Of a DNA stretch of 20,000 bases, positions 8,390 to 16,503 are shown piece after piece. The position numbers were made by a program, and so were the translations under genes. The stretch comes from an uncultured virus (IMG/VR IMGVR_UViG_3300032132_000753) (lineage: Duplodnaviria > Heunggongvirae > Uroviricota > Caudoviricetes). The notes beneath the pieces were generated by a model, which was not told the DNA's origin, made no database searches, and was given only the letters and a program-made list of their open reading frames with translations. Each line of letters begins with the position of its first letter. Positions within the stretch are counted from its first letter, which is position 1. The stretch lies in IMG/VR virus record IMGVR_UViG_3300032132_000753; one strand, 5' to 3'.

Positions 8390-8797
8390 TTAACTCACAT
8401 GGATGTATTGAACTTGGAAGTCGGGAGCGATAAACAACCCGTCTTTACAAATAAATACTAATTGTTCATCTTCTCTAAAAATTTGTGGAGCACCGACCGC
8501 AGCATATTTATATGTCGGAACGATGTAACAGTCTTGATAATTTAAATCGTCTGAAATTAGGATGCGTTTTACTCTGAATGATACATCTGGGGCACGCATT
8601 CTGCGATTATGAATTTGCACCAGTTTAACGCAATAGTCTGGAAGGACGAAAGTTCCATGAGGCTTGCATCGAAAAGCTAATTGTGCATCTTCGAAGATAT
8701 CAGGAATTCCAAGATTTTCTCCGCTTTCATAGTTGAAAATTTCAACTTTTTCATACGGAATGTTACCTTCAATAGTGATACGAAGTGCTTTAATCAT
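8390..8797 (-). CDS. Hypothetical protein with an internal duplication (135 aa)
   Basis: ATGA overlap with the upstream gene. Repeats QLAFRCKPHGTFVLPDYCV and QLVFICKDGLFIAPDFQV. Confidence 0.75.
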   Translation of the reverse strand: MIKALRITIEGNIPYEKVEIFNYESGENLGIPDIFEDAQLAFRCKPHGTFVLPDYCVKLVQIHNRRMRAPDVSFRVKRILISDDLNYQDCYIVPTYKYAAVGAPQIFREDEQLVFICKDGLFIAPDFQVQYIHVS

Positions 8798-8970
8798 AAT
8801 ATTCCTGGATGTCGTCTATTGATCGCGGCAAACGTCCACCGTTTTACAATAGCTCTCTGGCCCTCTAAACGATCCAACAAATTGGAGATAGCTTCATCTG
8901 GGTCGACGAGGTATTCTGCCTCGAAGAGATGCACCATATCACGGGATTTTCTCCACAACTTGTTGTTCAT
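8794..8970 (-). CDS. Small hypothetical protein (58 aa, MNNKLWRKSRD...), probably leaderless
   Basis: In-frame ATG at 8970 within ORF 8794-9030, 4 nt after the motif CAAAGATA. Its stop overlaps the next ATG (ATGA). Confidence 0.65.
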   Translation of the reverse strand: MNNKLWRKSRDMVHLFEAEYLVDPDEAISNLLDRLEGQRAIVKRWTFAAINRRHPGIL

Positions 8971-8974
8971 GAGG

Positions 8975-8982
8975 TATCTTTG
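8975..8982 (-). promoter_or_regulatory. Putative phage promoter motif CAAAGATA
   Basis: Matches CAAANNTA, 4 nt before the ATG at 8970. Confidence 0.65.
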
Positions 8983-9027
8983 GCTACGCTTTACGACGTG
9001 GTCCGAGAAGGGTATTTGACCGTAAAA

Positions 9028-9035
9028 CAAAAGTA
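9028..9035 (+). promoter_or_regulatory. Putative phage promoter motif CAAAAGTA
   Basis: Matches CAAANNTA. Followed by a GGAG SD and the in-frame ATG at 9055. Confidence 0.65.
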
Positions 9036-9054
9036 TTTTCGGAGTAAACCACCT

Positions 9055-10677
9055 ATGAGACGAAGACCATTAATAGATCAAGTGTGGAAGCACGGCTCTG
9101 TCCACTATAAAATTATTAAATTAATGGCAGACGGATCACTAGAAGTTTTAACACGAAACGGAACAACCGGGAGATGGTCAACTAAAACACAAATCCTAAC
9201 ACCAACAGATTTAAACTATCTAGAATTCGTTAAAGCACCAATAGATCAACAAACTCTGCCAGAAGAACCACCAGAAGTCGACACCGTTGTAAAACGAGCG
9301 ATGTTCCGCAGAGACCTCAAAAAATCTAAACGATATGTCATAACATATGCCCAAAATTCTACACCAGTCCACACAACCTTCTGGGCGGCCTTGTTAGTTT
9401 ATTGCAAAGAAAACAACGCCGAGTTAATTGTGATTCCTGGGCGATATCGTAACCCCACAAGCGTGTGGACCGGCAACAACAAAGCATCAGAAACCTGGGA
9501 CGAGGAGGTCAGACCATACCTACTATCCAAAAGGGTTCAATTGCGCGATGACCTGATGGTTTATAGCGATATCTCAATCCAACCAACAGCAGTTCGCCCA
9601 TTGACCGGCATGGAAGTGTTCACCGGAAAAAGTTCAGCCATCTTTGGACATCCAAAACTACAGTTATTAACTGTAGCAACTAACTCCAGACGCTCCAAAT
9701 TAATGACGACCACCGGGTCATGTACAATCCTTAACTATACGTGTTCAAAAGCTGGAAAGAAAGCAGCCGCTCACCATGTCTTCGGAGCTACTGTCGTAGA
9801 ACTAGGCAAAAGTGGATTCCATGTTCGACAAATCAACGCCAACAAAAAAACCGGCAAATTCACCGATTTGAATTGGTGTTATGATGAAAACGGGAAAACA
9901 CCAGCCCCTCCAGCAGAAGCTTTAATCTTAGGAGATATCCACGCCGAAAACGTCAGTGAAAAAGCAATTGCTTCATCCTTTAAGATGATCGAGGCTCTTC
10001 AATGCAAAAGAGCGATCTATCACGACTTGTTGGATTTCAATGTAAGAAACCATCACTCAATTAACGATTTCTGCAATCGTTATACTAGAGTGACCTCTGA
10101 TAAAGCAGAAGATGTCATTGAAGACGAGTTAGAACGAACACTTGATCTTTTAGAAGCTACACCATCCTGCGCCCAACCCATCGTGATCCAATCTAACCAT
10201 GATGAAGCGTTTGACAGATGGCTAGATACATCTAATCCTAAACTTGATCCAATTAACTCACTGTTATACCACCGAATGTGGGTAGCCAAATTAGAAGAAT
10301 TTAATAGCACTCAAGAATGGATCACAGCATTCGATCTATATTATCAAATGATGGGTCTGACAAGGGCTGAATTCATCAAAAGAGATGATAATTATCCAAT
10401 TCTTGGCATCGAATGCGGTTACCATGGCGATAAAGGAATAAACGGATCCAGAGGTTCTGCCATCTCTTACGCTAAATTGGGTATTAAAACAATTGTCGGT
10501 CACAGACACACACCATCCATCCTCGATGGTTGCTATACAGTAGGTGTAATTGGAGAACTAGATCAAGGCTATAATGACTTACCATCTAGTTGGGCTCACG
10601 CCAATTGCGTGATCTATGCTAACGGGAAAAGAAGCCTCATTTTTATTCAGCCTGACACTGGTGAATGGAGAATCTAA
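9055..10677 (+). CDS. Calcineurin-like metallophosphoesterase/nuclease resembling phage T5 A1-type proteins (540 aa)
   Basis: Metal-binding motifs LGDIH, HDLLD, SNHDE, YHGD, GHRH. Blocks YAQNSTPVH, GHPKLQL, KAGKKAAAHHVFGA, NGSRGS, SSWAH and YANGKR match my recollection of A1-like phage proteins. Start moved to 9055, which has an SD and the promoter motif and avoids the antisense overlap. Confidence 0.75.
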   Translation: MRRRPLIDQVWKHGSVHYKIIKLMADGSLEVLTRNGTTGRWSTKTQILTPTDLNYLEFVKAPIDQQTLPEEPPEVDTVVKRAMFRRDLKKSKRYVITYAQNSTPVHTTFWAALLVYCKENNAELIVIPGRYRNPTSVWTGNNKASETWDEEVRPYLLSKRVQLRDDLMVYSDISIQPTAVRPLTGMEVFTGKSSAIFGHPKLQLLTVATNSRRSKLMTTTGSCTILNYTCSKAGKKAAAHHVFGATVVELGKSGFHVRQINANKKTGKFTDLNWCYDENGKTPAPPAEALILGDIHAENVSEKAIASSFKMIEALQCKRAIYHDLLDFNVRNHHSINDFCNRYTRVTSDKAEDVIEDELERTLDLLEATPSCAQPIVIQSNHDEAFDRWLDTSNPKLDPINSLLYHRMWVAKLEEFNSTQEWITAFDLYYQMMGLTRAEFIKRDDNYPILGIECGYHGDKGINGSRGSAISYAKLGIKTIVGHRHTPSILDGCYTVGVIGELDQGYNDLPSSWAHANCVIYANGKRSLIFIQPDTGEWRI

Positions 10678-11219
10678 TGACCTGCATTGTCGGGGTTAAG
10701 GATAAAAACAATATTTATTTAGGTGCCGACAGCGCCATAAGCGATAATAACCTAGTTCAAACTATGGTAGATCCCAAAGTTTGGAAAAAAGGCCGATTCG
10801 TTTTCGGATATGCAGGAACTTTAAGAGTCGGGCAGCTCATCAAGTATAAGATGAAAATCCCACCAATTAATAATCGAAAACCAACTCTATACATGGTCAC
10901 TTCCTTTGTTGACGCTATGAGAAAATGTCTTAAAGCTGCTGGAGCAGCTAGAGAAGAACACAAAGAAGAGGAACAAGAAAACCAATTCTTGGTAGCATTT
11001 TCTGGACACCTATTCGAAATTGACAACGGATATGGCGTTTGTGAAATCAATAATCCATATGCTGCAATTGGGTCTGGGACAGAATACGCTCTTGGATCAC
11101 TTTACGCAACGGAAAAATTGCCATCTGCAGATAGGGTATTGAAGGCATTAGAAGCCTCTGCCCATTTTTGTGATTCTGTAGGTGGTCCATATCACGTCGT
11201 CAAGTGTAAAGGTAAATGA
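10677..11219 (+). CDS. HslV/proteasome-beta-like Ntn-hydrolase threonine protease (180 aa)
   Basis: A start at ATG 10677 (TAATG coupling) gives M-TCIVG. After Met removal, Thr1, Asp17 (GAD) and Lys33 fall exactly at proteasome-beta numbering. GYAG and AIGSG motifs are present. Confidence 0.88.
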   Translation: MTCIVGVKDKNNIYLGADSAISDNNLVQTMVDPKVWKKGRFVFGYAGTLRVGQLIKYKMKIPPINNRKPTLYMVTSFVDAMRKCLKAAGAAREEHKEEEQENQFLVAFSGHLFEIDNGYGVCEINNPYAAIGSGTEYALGSLYATEKLPSADRVLKALEASAHFCDSVGGPYHVVKCKGK

Positions 11220-11533
11220 AGCCTATTGATTTAATAGAAGAATTATTATCCGAATATAGTCATATTATATTAAATGGTAGGCTACATCGTAAAGATTTTA
11301 TAAATTTTTCGCTATTAAAACACCAAAATCGTCGTAGGTTAGATTCAAGTGTTTCCTATCAAGTAAAATGTAATAGAGATCAAGTATCCTTCATTTCCAA
11401 GAAAATTACTAGCGTAAATATTGACGGATCGACTCCGCACCTACGTCCTAAGGAGTATGTTCTTCTAAACGTAGATCTTAAACACCCAAGAAGCATCGTA
11501 ACCATTCGCCAGTTTCTTGAGCATTTAAGATAA
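11216..11533 (+). CDS. Hypothetical protein (105 aa)
   Basis: ORF track. 4-nt overlap with the protease gene. AT-rich. Confidence 0.65.
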   Translation: MKPIDLIEELLSEYSHIILNGRLHRKDFINFSLLKHQNRRRLDSSVSYQVKCNRDQVSFISKKITSVNIDGSTPHLRPKEYVLLNVDLKHPRSIVTIRQFLEHLR

Positions 11534-11534
11534 T

Positions 11535-11542
11535 CAAACTTA
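11535..11542 (+). promoter_or_regulatory. Putative phage promoter motif CAAACTTA
   Basis: Matches CAAANNTA. Followed by a GAGG SD and the ATG at 11556. Confidence 0.6.
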
Positions 11543-11555
11543 AATTGAGGATATT

Positions 11556-12608
11556 ATGCCTGGCAAACTAAATCTACCTGAGAAATACAAAGAATATCGT
11601 GGTGAGATTGAGTTCATTATCAAGGATCGCTTGGGCAACGTCGTAGACACTTTTGTTGAACCAAACATTGTCAAGATCTTCGGTAAAGAAATTCTATCAC
11701 ACCGCATGTTCCACTCCAAAGTTTGGGACCGAACAGCAAATAGTGGTACCGGAGCCTGGATCCAAAACCCGGTTGATCCCAACGAAGACTTTTCAGTAAA
11801 GTACATCTTATTTGGCGCATCATTCGATGAAAACGGAGTCCCGTTAGACACTAACGACACTCGATACTACCAAACCGATCCGATTACTCAAATCGCCGTA
11901 CCAAACAAACTAACGCCTGGAGCAGACTGGGGTGGAGGGTTAATTAACGCCATTCCACTAGCAGAACCAGATCGCCCATTAAAACGAATAGAAAATATCG
12001 CTTTCGAGCCTACTTTCCAACCGGCAGGCACACCACAACTACAAGCCGACGTTCGAGCCATGAACAACATCGTTCTCCTCGAAACTACATTATTACCAGA
12101 AGAATATAACGGATTTGGTTTATCTTCAGGCGGCGGCGATTCTTTTACTATTACAGAAGTTGCTTTAGCGGGCGGCAGGGAACTAGATGTTATCGGTTCC
12201 TGTGAATGTGATCCGAAGAAGATCTTCCTTGAGGGAGATTCTGAAGGAATAGCACTAGCGGCAACAGCTAGCGGCAGCGATGTTATTACCCTAGACACTA
12301 CCCTAACTGATGTCAATACCATCAGAGAAGGCGATCAAATCAAGATCATAAGTGCAGGCGGTACATCAGATTCATCTGATACCCTAGGGCAAGTCACACC
12401 ATTCTATCTAGTATTATCCAAAAGCGTGGGTGGTCGAGATATCCAACTTGATCGAGTCCCTGTCGATGCCTCTCAGAATCCTATTGTTGGACCTATTGGC
12501 GTTTTCCGTGATACTCTGAGAATTTTCTCACACAGAATTTTGTCTACGCCTGTCCGAAAAACAAGCGATTTTGAAATTCTTGTACGTTGGCGAATCGTCT
12601 TTAACTAG
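11556..12608 (+). CDS. Putative baseplate/tail-fibre attachment structural protein (350 aa)
   Basis: The pattern RGEIEFIIKD...NIVK...ITEVAL...IFSHR...VRKTSDFEILVRWRIVF resembles myovirus baseplate/fibre-proximal domains, with a beta-rich insertion. Confidence 0.6.
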   Translation: MPGKLNLPEKYKEYRGEIEFIIKDRLGNVVDTFVEPNIVKIFGKEILSHRMFHSKVWDRTANSGTGAWIQNPVDPNEDFSVKYILFGASFDENGVPLDTNDTRYYQTDPITQIAVPNKLTPGADWGGGLINAIPLAEPDRPLKRIENIAFEPTFQPAGTPQLQADVRAMNNIVLLETTLLPEEYNGFGLSSGGGDSFTITEVALAGGRELDVIGSCECDPKKIFLEGDSEGIALAATASGSDVITLDTTLTDVNTIREGDQIKIISAGGTSDSSDTLGQVTPFYLVLSKSVGGRDIQLDRVPVDASQNPIVGPIGVFRDTLRIFSHRILSTPVRKTSDFEILVRWRIVFN

Positions 12609-12639
12609 TCGTTGGACGTTATCTTGCATTACCCAAAAC

Positions 12640-12647
12640 CAAATATA
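12640..12647 (+). promoter_or_regulatory. Putative phage promoter motif CAAATATA
   Basis: Matches CAAANNTA. Upstream of a GAGG SD and the ATG at 12677. Confidence 0.6.
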
Positions 12648-12676
12648 TGGTGTAGACGTACCTAGAGGGTCAAAAT

Positions 12677-14410
12677 ATGCCAACCATCGATCCAACATTA
12701 ATCCCATGCATTGATCCTGGGTCACTGTTTAGCAGGTTAACCGCAGATCCAACACTCAACGTAAGATGGTTCGTAGCGGTAGACCCAGTCACACACAGTG
12801 TACTCAACCGGCCAATTGCAGACATAGCCGTACGACAGTTGATCCTAGCTAAAACGCTAGACGCAGTATCGCTACGCCTCGGTCACCAATCAATGTTCCC
12901 GTTCCTAGTAACTGCTCAAGTAAGCAACGGAACTCAGAACGTAGACATTCCACCATCATGGATTTGGGACATGCAAGTCTCCCTTCCACAGAAATGGGAA
13001 AAAGTCCGTCTAGCTAGAGTCAAGAGACTTAGCGGAATGAATGGGGCGAGCGGAGGAGAATACACCGGATTAATCCGATTAGTTTTCACTGCCCAATCAC
13101 AAGGATCAACAACTGAAATCTCAGTATTCCAAGCAGATTTCAGAATTGACAGTGACCTAACATATCAAATCGCACGAGTCTCTATCCCTCTAGTAGGCTC
13201 AGAGCCAGCAGTCCTACCGGCTGGTGAAACGGAAACCGTCGGCGGGTTCGTCACATTCAGAACTCTAAACGCAGAAGACGCTGGCGTACAAGCATTCTAT
13301 AATGTAGTTGCTCCACCAGTCGATACTACTACTGACTCAGCCGGATTATTCATCACTCCAAATGTTATCGAAATCAACGACTCCCTCCCTGGCGGATCTG
13401 GAATCAGCAACGACTTCGATTTCTTAGCCGTAGCCCATGGCACAGGCTTGTTAACATTAAGCGCCTATAATCCCATTCCGTCTGTTGATTCAACCGTTTC
13501 AACATGGATTAATACATTCAACTATCCATTCGAAGAAGTAGCAACATTACAAGATTCTAGCGGACATGGAATTATCATTCCAACTGGGTTATTTAAAGAA
13601 TTTAACCTAGTAGCTCCAGCAGGCGACGAACCTACCGGTGATGTCTCTGGTAATTTCCGACCTGTTTGGATTAGTAGAATCGTTAGAGATGATGCCGCTT
13701 CCAATTCAGTCACTCTATACTTTAGTACTTTCAATATCGAAGCACCATCAATTGTTCCCGTTGAATTTGCTGTTCTTGTCCTTACTAGAACAGCAACTGC
13801 CGGTACAAGATTGGCGATTCTTCCTGGCGACAATTTATTCCCAACTCAAGTTAGCACTGACTGGAATCAAGGATTCGGTAAAGGTCATGTTGTCTTATCT
13901 GACCTATGGCAAACCAACCCAACTGCTATCACAGATTTCTTCGACCGCTTCCTATCAATCATCGATATTCCACCACAAGCCATCTTCACTAAAGAATCGA
14001 CTAGGCTTTCATCTTATGGATTAAGTCGAGTTCCTGATCTTACTCCAACGGTTGGACAAGCTGCGGCTCTACGTGGAACGCGTCAAGAAACAAATGAGCA
14101 CCCTAATTCTACTAACAGATATATCGTTGAATTAGATCAAGGCTTAGGTGCTCAAGTCGACTTCGCCAATGAAGCTTCCCTACCTTTAGACAGGCGTGAA
14201 AACCCAGACATCGAACGATTTGGCTGGAAGGGTGCCCTCGCTCACCGAGTAATTCGGATGTGCGTTAATACCGATGGTGGAAACCACGAGTATGACACAG
14301 ATATCCTGCCGCGCCTACGCATCCTCCTTGGACGAGACCCTGCTTTTGGTGATTTCTGGTGGGACGGCGTTACGTTGAAATTCTTCAACGGCGATGCTTG
14401 GATTACTTAA
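12677..14410 (+). CDS. Hypothetical protein, likely virion structural (577 aa)
   Basis: Long ORF, beta-rich and acidic, with an SD, adjacent to the baseplate-like gene. No recognised catalytic motif. Confidence 0.75.
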   Translation: MPTIDPTLIPCIDPGSLFSRLTADPTLNVRWFVAVDPVTHSVLNRPIADIAVRQLILAKTLDAVSLRLGHQSMFPFLVTAQVSNGTQNVDIPPSWIWDMQVSLPQKWEKVRLARVKRLSGMNGASGGEYTGLIRLVFTAQSQGSTTEISVFQADFRIDSDLTYQIARVSIPLVGSEPAVLPAGETETVGGFVTFRTLNAEDAGVQAFYNVVAPPVDTTTDSAGLFITPNVIEINDSLPGGSGISNDFDFLAVAHGTGLLTLSAYNPIPSVDSTVSTWINTFNYPFEEVATLQDSSGHGIIIPTGLFKEFNLVAPAGDEPTGDVSGNFRPVWISRIVRDDAASNSVTLYFSTFNIEAPSIVPVEFAVLVLTRTATAGTRLAILPGDNLFPTQVSTDWNQGFGKGHVVLSDLWQTNPTAITDFFDRFLSIIDIPPQAIFTKESTRLSSYGLSRVPDLTPTVGQAAALRGTRQETNEHPNSTNRYIVELDQGLGAQVDFANEASLPLDRRENPDIERFGWKGALAHRVIRMCVNTDGGNHEYDTDILPRLRILLGRDPAFGDFWWDGVTLKFFNGDAWIT

Positions 14411-14948
14411 TCTTAGGCTTGATCTTACCGATCCCTCTAGATGAAACCCCATACTTTGGGCGATAAAAAATTGCGCTATGGCGCATATGTATCGAAGAAT
14501 GCTGTGGCCAGATAGGCGCACAACCACTTGGCTTTACAGTGGTAATCTTTAAATTTTTAATCCCACTAAGGATTGCAGCAGTATCGATCCTATTAGACCA
14601 AACGATTGGGATTTCGTCTAAAACATCTTCAATAAGATTTTTAAATTCTTTCCTATTATGCTTTACTTTAGTTAGTATCGCTGGCCTAACGCCGGTTCGC
14701 ATTAACCATAGTTTACCATTACTATGATAGACAAATGTATACTCTCGTTGCCCTTGTCGCGAGCGCGCTCTGAATCTCAAGTACGGGCTATACTCCGGGT
14801 CGCATACAGTCTTTAAATCGACGTACTCTCCTGATGCATCAGAAAAGAACACGGAGCTACAAAGCGCCAGTCCTTTCCCGAACTTCGGTCTGCGACTTTG
14901 GCGTTCTTTCTTAATCTGTCCTTTAGTCTTCTTTTTCTTAGGAAGCAC
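14403..14948 (-). CDS. Highly basic hypothetical protein (181 aa)
   Basis: GTG start overlaps the peroxidase stop (TAGTG). K/R-rich. The 3' end overlaps the convergent gene by 8 nt. Confidence 0.65.
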   Translation of the reverse strand: MLPKKKKTKGQIKKERQSRRPKFGKGLALCSSVFFSDASGEYVDLKTVCDPEYSPYLRFRARSRQGQREYTFVYHSNGKLWLMRTGVRPAILTKVKHNRKEFKNLIEDVLDEIPIVWSNRIDTAAILSGIKNLKITTVKPSGCAPIWPQHSSIHMRHSAIFYRPKYGVSSRGIGKIKPKIK

Positions 14949-16450
14949 TAGCTAACCAACATGACATAATCTTGAATCTCGTCCGATATTACAGTGTTTC
15001 TACGAATAACGTCGGAAAGTTTCGTTTGTTCAAGCTCTAATAATTTAGGTCCATCAAATACGTTCTGATACCAGAATCGATCCCCATCCCGAGTGTTTTC
15101 AAATTGAATTTTACAAATAGTATAGAACAATTCTCCCAACATCGAATCTAAATATCGATCTTCTGCTAAACCGCCTACCCAAATATCAATGTCGTCAGCA
15201 GATTGATAAGCATCTTTAAGTCTGGCAACTAAAGTAAGATTTGTAGAAATCTCCTCAAAAGTTTTCCTTTTTAACCCTAAATCTTCTCTAGCATCATTAT
15301 AACTTGGAAGCCCATGATCTCTCCCGCGTTGGATATTTAACGAAGCCAAATCCATGCCACCTTGTCCAGGATTTCCAAACAAGAAATTACGAAGTTCCGA
15401 TACAGTCATCGCATCCAAAGCCTCGCAAGTTTGGCGTGCCGCGCCGCGTAACAGAGGTTCAATGCCACCGCCAACAGTTAAATGTTGTGGAGAAAAGAAT
15501 GCGTCTCTCAGTAATAACGGGCCTTCATCGATGGAATTCAACGATGAATCTAAACGTTGTAATTGAGAGGACACCAAAGAGTGCCCTAATCTATAAGCCG
15601 CTGTAGAGAACACATTCGTAACGGATGCGTCTACGTTTGGATTATATCCAGAATAATCAGAAATTCTGGAGCCAAGCAACAACGGTAAAAATTCTTTAAA
15701 AGTGATGACCTGATTTAATGCTACCACTTCCTGGCGAGCACGTTGGTAAATCTCTTCTCCGCCAATTTCAGCACAGGAAACAAATAACTCGTGGGCGATT
15801 CGATTATGCTCTCGAACCCACAAGCTATGCATGGCAGTTAGTAGAACATTTTCGTTAGCTCTAACATCTCCCGCCAAATACAAATCGCTACTATTGCCGC
15901 CAGCGTTAGGCAGCCCAGGGTGGTTAAAAGGTAACAAACCATTGGGGCCGGTTTTCAATTTTCCTGTTCCATCTAAAGTTCGAAGTGCAAAAGCTCTTTC
16001 TTGGTCAGCTCCATATACGTTGGTAGCATCGATAAAACTGCTTTGTATATTGATTTGTTGTCGAGGCCCAGTCCCAATTTCGTAAATTGACCTATTTAAT
16101 GGGATGATGGCTTTACCAGTATGGGCTGGATCGAAATATGGATCGCCTTTTGGTATTTGGATATAGAATGGTTCTGATGGATCGGCTTCGGGGGTTAAAT
16201 CAATGTCGTGATCTACAAACTGTCCCCATAGCCAAAAGAAGTCCGAAGCACCTTTTCTGTTGGTTGTTGGGTTCGATTGATTTATTACTTTGTTACTAAT
16301 GTCTCTTGCTGATGGTCGAGACGGACCAGCAGGTGCTGACATCCCGTCAGCATATCCAATTCGAAGTAGTCGTCGGAGTGGAGTATTAGCTTGTCCGTAA
16401 TGGGGATTTGATAGGTTGTTCCCTGAACCGTCTACTGATCGATATTCCAT
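14948..16450 (-). CDS. Animal-type heme peroxidase (peroxidase-cyclooxygenase superfamily), 500 aa
   Basis: YRSVDGSGNN, WGQFVDHD (distal Gln/Asp/His), SSFIDATNVYG, AGDVRANEN (distal Arg, Glu), REHNR, AAYRLGHS (proximal His), LNIQRGRDHGLP, DGDRFWY. Confidence 0.95.
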   Translation of the reverse strand: MEYRSVDGSGNNLSNPHYGQANTPLRRLLRIGYADGMSAPAGPSRPSARDISNKVINQSNPTTNRKGASDFFWLWGQFVDHDIDLTPEADPSEPFYIQIPKGDPYFDPAHTGKAIIPLNRSIYEIGTGPRQQINIQSSFIDATNVYGADQERAFALRTLDGTGKLKTGPNGLLPFNHPGLPNAGGNSSDLYLAGDVRANENVLLTAMHSLWVREHNRIAHELFVSCAEIGGEEIYQRARQEVVALNQVITFKEFLPLLLGSRISDYSGYNPNVDASVTNVFSTAAYRLGHSLVSSQLQRLDSSLNSIDEGPLLLRDAFFSPQHLTVGGGIEPLLRGAARQTCEALDAMTVSELRNFLFGNPGQGGMDLASLNIQRGRDHGLPSYNDAREDLGLKRKTFEEISTNLTLVARLKDAYQSADDIDIWVGGLAEDRYLDSMLGELFYTICKIQFENTRDGDRFWYQNVFDGPKLLELEQTKLSDVIRRNTVISDEIQDYVMLVS

Positions 16451-16454
16451 GGTG

Positions 16455-16462
16455 TATTTTTG
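16455..16462 (-). promoter_or_regulatory. Putative phage promoter motif CAAAAATA
   Basis: Minus strand reads CAAAAATA-CACC-ATG: 4 nt before the peroxidase start, with no SD. Confidence 0.65.
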
Positions 16463-16471
16463 GTATACAGC

Positions 16472-16499
16472 GACGGCCCACCATTATTGGTGGGCCGTC
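16472..16499 (-). terminator. Perfect 12-bp GC-rich hairpin just downstream of the tmRNA (terminator or processing signal)
   Basis: Plus strand reads GACGGCCCACCA-ttat-TGGTGGGCCGTC, 4 nt beyond the tmRNA 3' end. No U-tract on the tmRNA strand. Confidence 0.7.
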
Positions 16500-16503
16500 T
16501 TTA

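Noticed and set aside
8929..9054. N-terminal extension of the phosphoesterase, and the TTG start at 9030 of the antisense ORF
   Set aside because: These create an antisense overlap. Starts at 9055 (SD plus motif) and 8970 (motif) fit better.
10665..10676. MENL propeptide on the Thr protease
   Set aside because: ATG 10677 is coupled to the upstream stop and exposes Thr1 by simple Met removal, which is the simpler model. A short propeptide cannot be formally excluded.
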